In this document: positions 18,711 through 29,053 of the stretch, piece by piece
Layout: the number at the start of each line of letters is the position of its first letter
How positions within the stretch are numbered: position 1 is the stretch's first letter
Source: Microbacteriaceae bacterium
Lineage (GTDB): Bacteria; Actinomycetota; Actinomycetes; Actinomycetales; Microbacteriaceae
DNA: 64,000 nucleotides
Direction of reading: 5' to 3'
NCBI GenBank assembly: GCA_027490915.1
Contig: JAIXXG010000035.1
Location: forward strand, 19,582-83,581
Notes under the pieces: generated by a model
The model's input: only the letters and a program-made list of their open reading frames with translations
Databases searched by the model: none
What the model was told of the DNA's origin: nothing
Position numbers and translations under genes: made by a program

Positions 18711-20525
18711 CTAGAACGGGAAGATCAGCGGCACGATCAGCACGGCCACGCCGAAGAACACGAGGCCGACCGGCAGCCCGTACTTCCAGTAGTCGCCGAA
18801 CTGCAGGCCCGCCGGGGCCATGATCATGAGGTTGCCCGGCGTCGCCACCGGGGTCAGCACGGCGGCGGCGGCCGTGACCGCGACCGCCATGAGGAACGGC
18901 AGCGGCGACACCCCCATCTCATAGGCGACCGAGATGGCGATCGGCGCGATGATGAGCGCCGTCGCGGTGTTGCTGATCAGCTGCCCGAAGATCAGCGTGA
19001 CGAGCCCGAGGGCGGCGAGCACGACGGCCGGCCCCCACGACCCGACCGCGTCGACGATGCCGGTCGCGAGCAGGTCGGCCGCACCGGTCTGCGTGATGGC
19101 GGTCGACACCGGGATCATGCCGCCGACGAGCAGGATCGTCGTCCACTGGATCGACCGGTGCGCGCGCTCGATCGACACCACCCGCGTGAGCACCATGATG
19201 CTCGCGGCGACGAGTCCGGCCACGGCGGGCGGAACGATGCCCGTCGCCAGGGCGATGACCATGAGCAGCAGCACGCCGAGGGCGAGGTAGGCGCGGCGCC
19301 CGAGGGGCGCCGCCTGGCGGCGGATCTGGTCGGGAGCATCCACGATCATCACCGCGGGGTCGCGCAGGTTCTCGTCGAGGGCGTCCCACTTGCCCTGCAC
19401 GAGCAGGATGTCGCCCGCCTCGAGCCGGATGCCCGTCTGACCCCCGATGCTCTCGCCCCCGCGCTGGATGGCCACGATCACGAGGTCGCCGCTCTCGGTG
19501 AGCATGCCGGGGAACACCGCGTCGCCGATCGCGGGCGACCGCGGCGGGATGACGATCTCGGCGACCCCGTACTCGGCGTCCATCGGCGCCCAGGTGCTCG
19601 ACACCGTGCTCGTGCCGATGCCCTCGAGCTTCGCGTCGTCGCTCACGGCGCGGATGCTCGTGGGGTTGCCGCGCAGGATGAGCACGTCGCCCTCCTGGAT
19701 GGGGGCGGATGCGGGCCGCGAGCCGCGCGTCGACGGCGACTGGATGGCGAGCAGGGTGACGGGGTTCTCGCCCGCGAAGACGATCTCGTCGGCGGTGCGC
19801 CCGATGAGCGGCGAGCCGGAGAGCACGCGAACGCGCCCGAACGGCTGGGCGCCGCCGAACTGCGCGAGCAGGGTGCGCGCGTGGTCGCTGAGGTCGGGGG
19901 CGATCGTGGTGGGCACCCGGGCGGGGATGAGCCGGCTGCCGAGCAGGAGGGTGATGAGCACGGTTCCTGCCATGATCGGCAGGCCGACGAGGCTGAACTC
20001 GAAGAAGCCGAAGGCGCGCCCGGTCTCCTCCTCGGCGAGCTCGGACATGATGACGTTCACGGGCGAGCCGGTCAGCGTGAGCAGCGACCCGGCGTGCGCG
20101 CCGAAGGCGAGCGGCAGCAGCAGGCGGGCGGCGGGCATCGTCATCTTGGTGGCGATGACCACGACGACGGGCAGCAGCGCGGCGACGGCGCCGTTGACGC
20201 TGATGAGGGCCGAGAGTACCGCGACGACTGCCATGATGATGACGGTCATGATCCGCTGGCTCGAGCCGCCGCGCTTCACAAGCTGCTGACCGGTCCAGGC
20301 CGTCAGCCCCGAGCCGTCGAGGCCCTCGGCCACGACGAAGAGGCTCGCGATGAGGATGACCGCCGGGTCGCCGAAGCCGGCGAAGGCCTGGCCGAGGTCG
20401 AGGATGCCGAAGGCATAGAGCGCCAGGGAGGCGCCGACGGCGATGAGCCCGACGGGGATCTTGTTGGTCACGAAGGCCAGCACCACAACGGCGAGGATCA
20501 GCATCGTGATGGTGATGTCGCTCAC
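18711..20525 (-). CDS. SLC13/DASS-type anion permease with two central TrkA-C (RCK-C) domains
   Basis: Hydrophobic N- and C-terminal halves flank two repeats (GRVRVLSGSPLIGRT...GDVLILRG and AEIVIPPRSPAIGDA...GDILLVQG). Confidence 0.8.
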   Translation of the reverse strand: MSDITITMLILAVVVLAFVTNKIPVGLIAVGASLALYAFGILDLGQAFAGFGDPAVILIASLFVVAEGLDGSGLTAWTGQQLVKRGGSSQRIMTVIIMAVVAVLSALISVNGAVAALLPVVVVIATKMTMPAARLLLPLAFGAHAGSLLTLTGSPVNVIMSELAEEETGRAFGFFEFSLVGLPIMAGTVLITLLLGSRLIPARVPTTIAPDLSDHARTLLAQFGGAQPFGRVRVLSGSPLIGRTADEIVFAGENPVTLLAIQSPSTRGSRPASAPIQEGDVLILRGNPTSIRAVSDDAKLEGIGTSTVSSTWAPMDAEYGVAEIVIPPRSPAIGDAVFPGMLTESGDLVIVAIQRGGESIGGQTGIRLEAGDILLVQGKWDALDENLRDPAVMIVDAPDQIRRQAAPLGRRAYLALGVLLLMVIALATGIVPPAVAGLVAASIMVLTRVVSIERAHRSIQWTTILLVGGMIPVSTAITQTGAADLLATGIVDAVGSWGPAVVLAALGLVTLIFGQLISNTATALIIAPIAISVAYEMGVSPLPFLMAVAVTAAAAVLTPVATPGNLMIMAPAGLQFGDYWKYGLPVGLVFFGVAVLIVPLIFPF

Positions 20526-20574
20526 AGGGCTGACTCTATTCTCTCGGGGGCTCGGGAGGCAGTGCTCGGGGCGA

Positions 20575-22032
20575 TCACTGCAGGGAGGAGGTGAGGCGGG
20601 CGAGAGAGTCGCGCGCCTTCTCGGGCCACGGGCGCCGCACCCACTCGTCGAGGCTCAGCTCGCGGCTGTGGGCGCGGTAGGTCGCCTCGATCGCGCGCAT
20701 GCGCTGCACGAACTCGGCGCCCTGCACCATCACCGAGACCTCCATGTTGAGGCTGAACGACCGGATGTCCATGTTGCTCGACCCGACGACGGCGACGTCG
20801 TCGTCGATCGTGAAGTGCTTGGAGTGCAGCACCGTGGGGGCCTGGTAGAGGTAGATGCGCACGCCCGCCCGCAGCAGGTCTTCGTAGTACGAGCGCTGGG
20901 CGTGGTAGACGAAGAACTGGTCGCCGATCTCGCTCACGTACAGCTCGACGAGCAGGCCGCGCGAGGCCGCGGTGATGATCGCGAGCTGAATCGACTCGTC
21001 GGGCACGAAGTAGGGGCTCGTGATGCTGACCTGCTTCTCGGCCTTGTGGATGAGCGTCGTGTAGAGCTTCAGGTTGTTGTCGTTCTCGAAGCTCGGGCCG
21101 CTCGGCAGCACCTGCGCGTCGAGCAGCGCGGGGTCGTCGGCCAGCACCACAGGGGAGGTGTCGAGCGGCAGCAGCTCGTCGGTCTCGCTGAACCAGTCGG
21201 TGACGAACACCGCGTCGAGCTCGCGCACGACGGGGCCCTCGAGCCGCACCATGACCTCCTTCCACCGCAGCCCGCGTCGGATCGCCTTCTTCTTGCCGTA
21301 GTGCGCGGCGATCATGTTCTGCGAGCCGGTGTGCCCGACCCGCCCGTCGATGACCACGAGCTTGCGGTGGTTGCGCAGGTCGGGGCGCTGCCACTGGCCG
21401 CGCAGCGGGCGCAGGGGCAGCATCCCGTGCCATTCGGCACCCATCGCGGCCAGTCGGCCGAGCGTCGCCTTCCGCGGCGGGTACAGGATGCTCATGAGGT
21501 GGTCGCTCAGCACCCGCACCGTGACCCCGCGCGCGCGAGCCCGCTCGAGCGCGGCGAAGAACGGCTCGGTCGTCGCATCGAGGGTGAGGATGTAGAACTC
21601 GACGTGCACGTACTGCTCGGCCGTGTCGATGTCGGCGACCATCGCGGCGATGGCCGCGTCGTAGTCGTCGATGAGTTCGGCGCGGGTTCCGCCGACCATC
21701 GGCAGCGCCCCGAGCTCCTCGTTGAGGCGCACGGCCGAGCCGAGCCAGGCGGGCCACTCGTCGCGATGCCCGACGCGGTCGAGCCCCTCGGTGCGGTCGA
21801 GGATCGCCCGGCTGACCTCCCGCTGCTTCTCGCGCCGCCGCCGGGGCAGCCGGCTGAACCCCACGAGGAAGAACGCGAGCGCCCCCAGGTAGGGCACGAA
21901 GATGATCAGCAGCGCCCACGCGATCGCGGTCGTCGGACGGCGCCGGGCCGAGATGACGAGGATCGCGACGATGCTCAGCAGCACGTGCGCGACGGCCAGC
22001 ACGGCCGGCAGCCAGGTGAGGGTCGCGGTCAC
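20575..22032 (-). CDS. cls: cardiolipin synthase
   Basis: Trimmed from ORF 20575..22755 to GTG (complement 22030-22032) behind a GGAGG SD. Two N-terminal TM helices and two HKD motifs (NHRKLVVIDG...GSQN and LHSKHFTIDD...GSSN). Confidence 0.9.
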   Translation of the reverse strand: MTATLTWLPAVLAVAHVLLSIVAILVISARRRPTTAIAWALLIIFVPYLGALAFFLVGFSRLPRRRREKQREVSRAILDRTEGLDRVGHRDEWPAWLGSAVRLNEELGALPMVGGTRAELIDDYDAAIAAMVADIDTAEQYVHVEFYILTLDATTEPFFAALERARARGVTVRVLSDHLMSILYPPRKATLGRLAAMGAEWHGMLPLRPLRGQWQRPDLRNHRKLVVIDGRVGHTGSQNMIAAHYGKKKAIRRGLRWKEVMVRLEGPVVRELDAVFVTDWFSETDELLPLDTSPVVLADDPALLDAQVLPSGPSFENDNNLKLYTTLIHKAEKQVSITSPYFVPDESIQLAIITAASRGLLVELYVSEIGDQFFVYHAQRSYYEDLLRAGVRIYLYQAPTVLHSKHFTIDDDVAVVGSSNMDIRSFSLNMEVSVMVQGAEFVQRMRAIEATYRAHSRELSLDEWVRRPWPEKARDSLARLTSSLQ

Positions 22033-22040
22033 ACCCCCTC

Positions 22041-23129
22041 CTAGGCGAGCTTCTGGCGGGGCACGACGACCTTCTTGATGATGAGCAGGATGCTCGCCAC
22101 GACCGGCGATGCCACCAGGGCGCCCAGCAGCCCGAGCAGGGTTCCGCCGACGATCGCCCCGATGAGCACGAGCGCGGCGGGGATGCTGATCGCCTTGCCG
22201 ATGATGCGCGGGGTGATGAAGTACGCCTCGACCTGCATGTAGACGATCATCACGATCGCGACGATGATCGCCGTCGTCGGCGAGGTGAAGAGCGAGACGG
22301 TGACCATGATCGTGGTGCTGATCACCGGACCGATGACGGGGATGAGCGTGATGAACAGGGCGATGAACGCGAGGATGCCCGCGTAGGGCACCCCGACGAT
22401 CGAGAGCAGGATCAGCGAGAACGTGGCGTTCATCGCGGCGATGATCACCTGGCCGCCGAGGTACCCGCCGATCGAGTCGAAGATCTCCTCCGCGATCTCG
22501 ACGAACGTCGGCCGCTTCGAGGCGGGCACGAGGTCGTAGAGCGCGTTCTTCATGGTGTCGAGCGAGCCCACGAAGTAGAGCGTGAACACGACGACGAGCA
22601 GCACGCCGAAGGTGCCGTTGATGATATCGGCGCCGATGCGCAGCGCGCCGCCGCCGACCGTCAGCCAGACGGTGGGGTCGGTCGACGACAGCAGGATCCA
22701 GTCGAGCAGGATCGCCGGGTAGCCGTTGAACTGCTCGTCGAGGTCGAGGAACCACGGCTGGTTCTCGATGTCGGTGAGGTTGGCAGGCAGCGTGACCACC
22801 AGCTCGACCGCCTGGTCGATGACGATCGGCACGATCAGCACGAGCATCACGGCCACGATCAGCAGGAACGCCGCGAGCACCGCGCCGATCGCGGCGCCCT
22901 TCGAGAGCCCGCGACGCTGCAGGCGCGTGACGACCGGGTAGAGCCCGAGGCTGATGAAGATCGCCAGGAAGACGAGCGTGATCGTGTACGCGAGCTGGGC
23001 GACGGCGGCGCCGACCACGAGGGCGAGCAGCACGCCGAGGGTGCCGACGAAGCCGATCACGAACGGCCCCGAGCGCAGCAGCCCTCGACGGGGCTGCGGC
23101 GGGTCGAGCGGGGCGGCGGCGCGAGCCAT
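22041..23129 (-). CDS. AI-2E family transporter (PerM-like permease)
   Basis: Trimmed from ORF 22041..24788 to MARAAAPLD (complement 23127-23129). About 8 TM segments with the characteristic central extracytoplasmic loop. Confidence 0.8.
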   Translation of the reverse strand: MARAAAPLDPPQPRRGLLRSGPFVIGFVGTLGVLLALVVGAAVAQLAYTITLVFLAIFISLGLYPVVTRLQRRGLSKGAAIGAVLAAFLLIVAVMLVLIVPIVIDQAVELVVTLPANLTDIENQPWFLDLDEQFNGYPAILLDWILLSSTDPTVWLTVGGGALRIGADIINGTFGVLLVVVFTLYFVGSLDTMKNALYDLVPASKRPTFVEIAEEIFDSIGGYLGGQVIIAAMNATFSLILLSIVGVPYAGILAFIALFITLIPVIGPVISTTIMVTVSLFTSPTTAIIVAIVMIVYMQVEAYFITPRIIGKAISIPAALVLIGAIVGGTLLGLLGALVASPVVASILLIIKKVVVPRQKLA

Positions 23130-23267
23130 GAGGGTCCTCTCCGAACCCCGCGCCGACCGGCGAGGGGAACCATCGTCACGATACCGTTCCCCCGGGGAAG
23201 GGAATACCCTGAGCCCGACGGATCGTCGTCCCGGCGCCGTCGCGAGAACCCCGAGAAACGGACCGTC

Positions 23268-24746
23268 ATGAGCAGCCTCACGGTGACCACATCTGCCGCC
23301 GCCCCCGCATCCCTCGACGTCGACGTCGTCGTCATCGCCGCCCGCGCGGGGAAGGACGGCCCCGAGCTCGTCACCCACCCCGATCTCGCCGGCCTCCTTC
23401 CCGCGCTCACCGCCGTCGGCCTCACCGGCAAGGCCGACGAGCTCGTGCGGCTGCCCTCGATCGAGGGCTCGCGCGCCAGCCTCGCCGTGGTCGGGCTGGG
23501 CGCCGAGCTGACCGCCGACACCGCGCGCCGCGCGGCCGGTGCGGCCGTGCGCCAGCTGGCCGGCACCGGCTCGGTCGCCCTCGCCCTCGGGCTCGACGAC
23601 GAGAGCCACGTGCACGCGATGGTCGAGGGGGCCATGCTCGCCGCGTACTCCTTCACCGACTACCGCGCCAAGACCGCGTCGAAGGTGAAGGCCCCGGTCG
23701 CGGCCGTCACGGTGTGCACGCAGGCCTCGGTGCCGGATGCGGCGCTCGAGCGCATCCGCGTGATCACCGACCACGTCGCCCTCGTGCGCGACCTCACCAA
23801 CCGCTCGGGCGGCGACCTCTACCCGCAGTCGTTCGCGGATGCAGCGACCGAGGCCGCGAAGGGCGCCCCCGTCACCGTCGAGGTGTGGGACGAGAAGAAG
23901 CTCGCGGCCGAAGGCTGCGGCGGCATCATCGGCATCGGCCAGGGCTCGTCGCGCCCGCCGCGGCTGGTGAAGGTGTCGTACGCGCCGGCCGGGGCGACGA
24001 AGCACGTCGGCCTCGTCGGCAAGGGCATCACCTACGACACGGGCGGCATCTCGGTGAAGCCCGCCGACGCGATGAACGGCATGCAGAACGACATGGGCGG
24101 CGCCGCCGTGCTGCTCGGGCTCATCCTCACCGCCGCGCGCCTCGGGCTGCCGGTGCGCCTCACCGCGTACCTGTGCATGGCCGAGAACCTCATCTCGTCG
24201 ACGGCGATCCGCGTCAATGACATCCTCACGATGCGCGGCGGCACGACCGTCGAGGTCATGAACACCGACGCCGAGGGCCGGCTCGTGATGGCCGACGGCA
24301 TGGTGCTCGCGAGCGAGGAGAACCCCGACGCGATCATCGACGTCGCGACTCTCACGGGTGCGGCGATCGTCTCGCTCGGTCGCCGCACGGTCGGCGTCAT
24401 GGGCGACGACGAGCTCGCGGGCGCCGTGGTCGCGGCCGGTCGCGAGACCGGCGAGCCGCACTGGCACATGCCGCTGCCGGAGGAGCTGCGCTCGCAGCTC
24501 GACTCGCGCTTCGCCGACATGACCAACCTCAAGCCGGGCAACCGCGATGGCGGGATGCTCGTCGCGGGCATCTTCCTGCGCGAGTTCGTCGGCACTCGCG
24601 CCGACGGGTCGACGATTCCGTGGGCGCACCTCGACATCGCGGGCGCGGCCGTCAACGAGGGCCCGGCCTACGGCTACCTCGACGCCGGCGCGACGGGCGT
24701 GTCGGTGCGCACGCTGCTGACGGTGCTCGAGAAGCACTTCGTGTAG
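23268..24746 (+). CDS. pepA: leucyl aminopeptidase (M17)
   Basis: M17 signature NTDAEGRLVMAD, plus VGKGITYDTGG and metal ligands. Confidence 0.92.
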   Translation: MSSLTVTTSAAAPASLDVDVVVIAARAGKDGPELVTHPDLAGLLPALTAVGLTGKADELVRLPSIEGSRASLAVVGLGAELTADTARRAAGAAVRQLAGTGSVALALGLDDESHVHAMVEGAMLAAYSFTDYRAKTASKVKAPVAAVTVCTQASVPDAALERIRVITDHVALVRDLTNRSGGDLYPQSFADAATEAAKGAPVTVEVWDEKKLAAEGCGGIIGIGQGSSRPPRLVKVSYAPAGATKHVGLVGKGITYDTGGISVKPADAMNGMQNDMGGAAVLLGLILTAARLGLPVRLTAYLCMAENLISSTAIRVNDILTMRGGTTVEVMNTDAEGRLVMADGMVLASEENPDAIIDVATLTGAAIVSLGRRTVGVMGDDELAGAVVAAGRETGEPHWHMPLPEELRSQLDSRFADMTNLKPGNRDGGMLVAGIFLREFVGTRADGSTIPWAHLDIAGAAVNEGPAYGYLDAGATGVSVRTLLTVLEKHFV

Positions 24747-24767
24747 ACACGGCACAGCCCGCACGCG

Positions 24768-24802
24768 ACGGGGCCCGGCGGAGAGCATCCGCCGGGCCCC
24801 GT
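24768..24802. terminator. bidirectional stem-loop between convergent pepA and the MFS gene
   Basis: ACGGGGCCCGGCGGA gagca TCCGCCGGGCCCCGT, a 15-bp perfect stem. Confidence 0.6.
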
Positions 24803-24819
24803 TCGCTGCCGTAGAGGGG

Positions 24820-26451
24820 CTAGTCCTTCTTCTTCTCCTGGTCCTCCGGGTACCCGACGTACAGGTCCTCCTTCTGGAAGCCCGGCATGCGGCGCGCCGG
24901 CACGATCGCGAGCGCGGCGAGGCCGCCGAGCACGAGCATCGTCGTGCGCAGGGCGTCGAGGCGCGCCTGCGTGAACTCCTCGACCGCCACGGCGATCTGC
25001 TCGTCGGTGGCGTCGGTGTTGGCCGTCAGCACCTGCTCGAGCTGCGCGTTGGTGAAGAAGTTCACGTTGTCGAAGTTGATCTGCTCGACGATCTCGGGCG
25101 TGAAGATCTCGGAGTCGTTGGCCGCGCTGTAGGCGCTCGAGGTGAGCAGGCCGACCGCGAAGGCCGAGGCCACCGCGATGCCGGCGCTGCCCGACAGGTT
25201 GTGGGTGAGGCCGCGGATCGCACCGACGTCGCCCGCGTTCTCTTTCGGCGCCGAGGTCAGCAGCGCGTTGAAGACGAGCGCCACGACGCAGCCCTGCGCC
25301 AGTCCGAGAACGACGAGACCGATGATCACGGATGCCTGACCCCAGTCGTTCGCGATCGTGAACGACAGCCACACGAGCGCGAGCGTCACGACCGCCATGC
25401 TCACGCTGGCGATCGCGCGCGGCGGGAACGTGTCGTAGAGCCGCGCGACGAGGGTGTTGGCGATGAAGATCGAGATCGTGTACGGCACGACCGCGAACGA
25501 GACCTGGATGCCCACGAAGCCCTGCACGACCTGCATGTAGAGCGGCATCAGGAACGACACTGCGGTGCCGACGAAGAGCATGATGCCCATGACGGTGACC
25601 GTCGCGCGCTCGCTGCGGTCGCGCACGATGTCGAGGTTGACGAGCGGCACCTTCTGCTCCTCCATGCGCTTGCGCGTGCGCGCCAGGAAGAGCTGGGCGA
25701 AGATCACCGAGGCCACGAAGAGGAGCGGCACGACCGAGAACGTTCCGATCGCGAGGGGCGCGTTCGACGTCGCGGTGATGAGACCCCAGTCGTTCATGAC
25801 GCTCAGGCCGAAGCTGATGAGGATGATCGCGATCGCGGCGAGCACACCCCCCGTCCAGTCGACGATGAGGTTCTTCTGCGCCGGCACAGGCTTGAGCAGG
25901 AAGCTCGCGGCGAAGTTGATGAGACCGATCGAGGCGACCAGCACGAACGACCAGCGCCAGCCGATCGTCGAGGCGAACTGACCCGCGATGAGCAGCGAGA
26001 CCACCTGCGCCAACGGGATGCTCGCGGCGAAGTATCCGATCGCCGAGGCCTGCTGCTTGCCCTGGAAGCTCGCCGCGATGATGATCGTCAGCGCCGGCAG
26101 CGTGATCGCGTTCGACGCGCCCGTGATCGACTGGGCGATGAAGAGCACCGAGCCGTCCTGCGCCGTCGCGATGAGCAGCGCGGCGAGCGCCGGGATGATC
26201 ACGCCGATGCGGAACGCGAGCAGCGGCCCGATCTTCGACGTGATCTTCGCGCCGAGGAGGAGGAAGGCCGAGACCGCGAAGGTGCTCGCCGTGTTGGCGA
26301 GACCGACCGTGGTCGGCGAGATGCCGAGGTCTTCGGTGATGCCGGTGATCGAGACGTTCCAGGCGTTGAACGCCAGCTGCACCTGCGCGAGCATGACGAC
26401 GAACAGCGGCAGCCACGAGCTGCGCGTCTCGACGGCGGATCCTGCGGACAT
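24820..26451 (-). CDS. MFS transporter, DHA2 (EmrB/QacA, 14-TM) family
   Basis: Start moved to MSAGSAVE (complement 26449-26451) behind a GGAGG SD. 14 predicted TM segments. Confidence 0.82.
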   Translation of the reverse strand: MSAGSAVETRSSWLPLFVVMLAQVQLAFNAWNVSITGITEDLGISPTTVGLANTASTFAVSAFLLLGAKITSKIGPLLAFRIGVIIPALAALLIATAQDGSVLFIAQSITGASNAITLPALTIIIAASFQGKQQASAIGYFAASIPLAQVVSLLIAGQFASTIGWRWSFVLVASIGLINFAASFLLKPVPAQKNLIVDWTGGVLAAIAIILISFGLSVMNDWGLITATSNAPLAIGTFSVVPLLFVASVIFAQLFLARTRKRMEEQKVPLVNLDIVRDRSERATVTVMGIMLFVGTAVSFLMPLYMQVVQGFVGIQVSFAVVPYTISIFIANTLVARLYDTFPPRAIASVSMAVVTLALVWLSFTIANDWGQASVIIGLVVLGLAQGCVVALVFNALLTSAPKENAGDVGAIRGLTHNLSGSAGIAVASAFAVGLLTSSAYSAANDSEIFTPEIVEQINFDNVNFFTNAQLEQVLTANTDATDEQIAVAVEEFTQARLDALRTTMLVLGGLAALAIVPARRMPGFQKEDLYVGYPEDQEKKKD

Positions 26452-26580
26452 GGGGTGGACCTCCGGAGTCGGTGGCGTGCGAATGCACGCGCTCTCGCGG
26501 CAATCCTGCACCACGCGGGGCGGGATGGCGAGAGGCGTTCGCTTGCGTCGCGACGAGCGGCGCACCGATGGAGGAAGGAG

Positions 26581-26668
26581 TGGCGGAGGATGGGGGATTC
26601 GAACCCCCGAGGGCTTGCACCCAACACGCTTTCCAAGCGTGCGCCATAGGCCACTAGGCGAATCCTCC
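26581..26668 (-). tRNA. tRNA-Ser (anticodon GGA)
   Basis: Reverse complement GGAGGAT..ATCCTCC-G-CCA. Anticodon stem CACGC/GCGTG with loop TTGGAAA. Long variable arm. T-arm GGGGG-TTCGAAT-CCCCC. CCA is encoded. Confidence 0.93.
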
Positions 26669-26899
26669 AGGCGGCCGCAGCGCTCGCGCGCGACGACTCG
26701 GCCATGCTACCCGTAAACTAGGGGCGGCTCCTCGCGTGGCGCCATCCAGGCCAACTCCCCCAGGGCAGAAATGCAGCAAGGGTAACCGGGCTCTGGCGGG
26801 TGCGCGAGGGGTCCTTTTTTGTGGGGCAGGATGCTCGCCGCCGCCCGTCGGGACCATCGACCCTGGGCCCTCCAAGCCGGTCGCCCTAGGCTGGGCGCA

Positions 26900-29053
26900 A
26901 TGTCGCGCAGCATCTACGTCACCTCAGCCGAGGGCAACTCCGGCAAGTCGACCGTCGCCCTGGGGCTCGTCGACTCGCTCAGCCACCGCGTGAAGCGGGT
27001 CGGAGTCTTCCGGCCCGTCGCACGCTCGAGAGACGAGCGGGATTACGTCTTGGACGTGCTGCTCGCGCACGACGGCGTCGACCTCGACTACGACGAGTGC
27101 GTGGGCGTCGGCTACGACGCCGTGCACGCCGACCCGGAGGCGGCGCTCGCCGTGATCGTCGAGCGGTACCACGCGGTCGCGCAGCGCAGCGATGCGGTCG
27201 TCATCGTCGGCAGCGACTACACCGATGTCTCCACCCCGACCGAGCTGTCGTTCAACGCGCGCATCGCGGCCAACCTGGGGGCGCCAGTGCTGCTGGTGCT
27301 CGGCGGGCGCGAGAGCGGGGCGACCGGCGGGCGGGGGCTCGACGAGTCGGGCCCGCGCACCGCCGACGACATGCGCCGCGTCGCGGAGGTCGCCGTCGCC
27401 GAGCTCGAGCACGAGCACGCGCAGCTGCTGGGCATCATCGCCAACCGCGCCGACCCCGCGTCGCTCGACGCCATCACGGCGGCCGTGCAGACGGTGGCGC
27501 CCGAGGCGCTCGTGGCGGGCATCCCGGAGGACCCGTACCTGATCGCGCCGACCGTCGAGGCGGTCGTGCAGGCGGCGGGCGGCACCGTGCTGCGCGGCGA
27601 CCCGGCGCTGCTGCAGCGCGAGGTGCTCGGCGCGGTCGTCGCCGCGATGTCGATGGAGAACGTGTTGCCGCGTCTCACCGAGGGTGCCGTCGTGCTCATT
27701 CCGGGCGACCGCAGCGAGGTGCTGCTGGCCGTGCTCATGGCGCATGCCGGCGAGACGTTCCCGAGCCTCGCGGCGATCATCCTCTACGGCGGGTTCGAGA
27801 TTCCGGATGCGGTGCAGAAGCTCGTCGACGGCCTCGACCCGACCCTGCCGATCATCCGGGCCGAGACCGGCACCTACGACACCGTGCGCGCGATCATGGG
27901 CGCCCGTGGCCGCCTGGCCGCCGACAGCCAGCGCAAGTACGACACCGCCCTGGCGCTGTGGGAGCGCCACATCGACGCCGAGGCGCTCATGAACCGTCTC
28001 GACGTGACGCGGGCCGGCGCCGTGACGCCGCTCATGTTCGAGTTCGACCTGCTCGAGCGGGCACGGGCCGACCGCAAGCACATCGTGCTGCCGGAGGGCG
28101 ACGACGATCGCGTGCTGCGCGCGGCCGGCACGCTGCTGCAGCGCGGGGTGTGCGACCTGACGATCCTGGGCGACGAGCAGGCCGTGCGGGCGCGCGCCGC
28201 CGAGCTTGGGCTCGACCTGTCGGGGGCGCGCATCCTGTCGCCGCTCGATGAGCAGCACCGGCACCGCTTCGCGGAGGAGTACGCGCGGCTGCGCGTGCAC
28301 AAGGGCGTCAGCTACGAGACCGCGCGCGACGTCGTCACCGATGTGAGCTACTTCGGCACGATGATGGTGCACCTCGGTCTTGCCGACGGCATGGTGTCGG
28401 GCGCGGCGCACACGACGGCGCACACAATCCGCCCGAGCTTCGAGATCATCAAGACCGACCCTGGCGTCTCGGTCGTGTCGAGCGTGTTCTTCATGTGCCT
28501 CGCCGACCGCGTGCTCGTCTACGGCGACTGCGCGGTGATTCCCGACCCGACCGCCGAGCAGCTGGCCGACATCGCGATCTCGTCGGCGGCGACGGCGGCG
28601 CAGTTCGCGATCGAGCCGCGCGTGGCGATGCTGTCGTACTCGACCGGCGATTCGGGCGCGGGCGACGACGTCGAGAAGGTGCGCGCAGCGACGCAGCTGG
28701 TGCGCGAGCGGGCGCCCGAGCTGCTGGTCGACGGGCCGATGCAGTATGACGCGGCCGCCGAGCCGAGCGTCGCCGCCTCGAAGATGCCGGGCTCGCCGGT
28801 GGCCGGCCGGGCGACGGTCTTCGTCTTTCCCGACCTCAACACGGGCAACAACACCTATAAAGCAGTGCAGCGCTCTGCCGGGGCCGTCGCCGTCGGGCCG
28901 GTGCTGCAGGGCCTGCGCAAGCCCGTCAACGATCTCAGCCGCGGAGCCCTCGTGAGCGACATCGTCAACACGGTCGCCATCACGGCGATCCAGGCGCAGC
29001 GCACGCCCCCGCCTGCGACGGTGCCGATCTCGACCATCGGGGGCACGGCGTAG
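26900..29053 (+). CDS. pta: phosphate acetyltransferase (long form: AAA-like/DRTGG N-domain plus PTA_PTB)
   Basis: Trimmed from ORF 26819..29053 to MSRSIYVTSAEGNSGKST. C-terminal PTA domain. TAGGCT 26887-26892 lies 7 nt upstream of the ATG. Confidence 0.92.
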   Translation: MSRSIYVTSAEGNSGKSTVALGLVDSLSHRVKRVGVFRPVARSRDERDYVLDVLLAHDGVDLDYDECVGVGYDAVHADPEAALAVIVERYHAVAQRSDAVVIVGSDYTDVSTPTELSFNARIAANLGAPVLLVLGGRESGATGGRGLDESGPRTADDMRRVAEVAVAELEHEHAQLLGIIANRADPASLDAITAAVQTVAPEALVAGIPEDPYLIAPTVEAVVQAAGGTVLRGDPALLQREVLGAVVAAMSMENVLPRLTEGAVVLIPGDRSEVLLAVLMAHAGETFPSLAAIILYGGFEIPDAVQKLVDGLDPTLPIIRAETGTYDTVRAIMGARGRLAADSQRKYDTALALWERHIDAEALMNRLDVTRAGAVTPLMFEFDLLERARADRKHIVLPEGDDDRVLRAAGTLLQRGVCDLTILGDEQAVRARAAELGLDLSGARILSPLDEQHRHRFAEEYARLRVHKGVSYETARDVVTDVSYFGTMMVHLGLADGMVSGAAHTTAHTIRPSFEIIKTDPGVSVVSSVFFMCLADRVLVYGDCAVIPDPTAEQLADIAISSAATAAQFAIEPRVAMLSYSTGDSGAGDDVEKVRAATQLVRERAPELLVDGPMQYDAAAEPSVAASKMPGSPVAGRATVFVFPDLNTGNNTYKAVQRSAGAVAVGPVLQGLRKPVNDLSRGALVSDIVNTVAITAIQAQRTPPPATVPISTIGGTA

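Noticed and set aside
26815-26820. T6 tract (rare in this genome) between tRNA-Ser and pta, considered as the terminator of a small RNA starting near TAAACT 26715-26720.
   Set aside because: No convincing GC stem directly precedes the T-run; the only pairing I found was a 7-bp long-range one (CCTCGCG/CGCGAGG). Without expression data this is not supportable as an sRNA.
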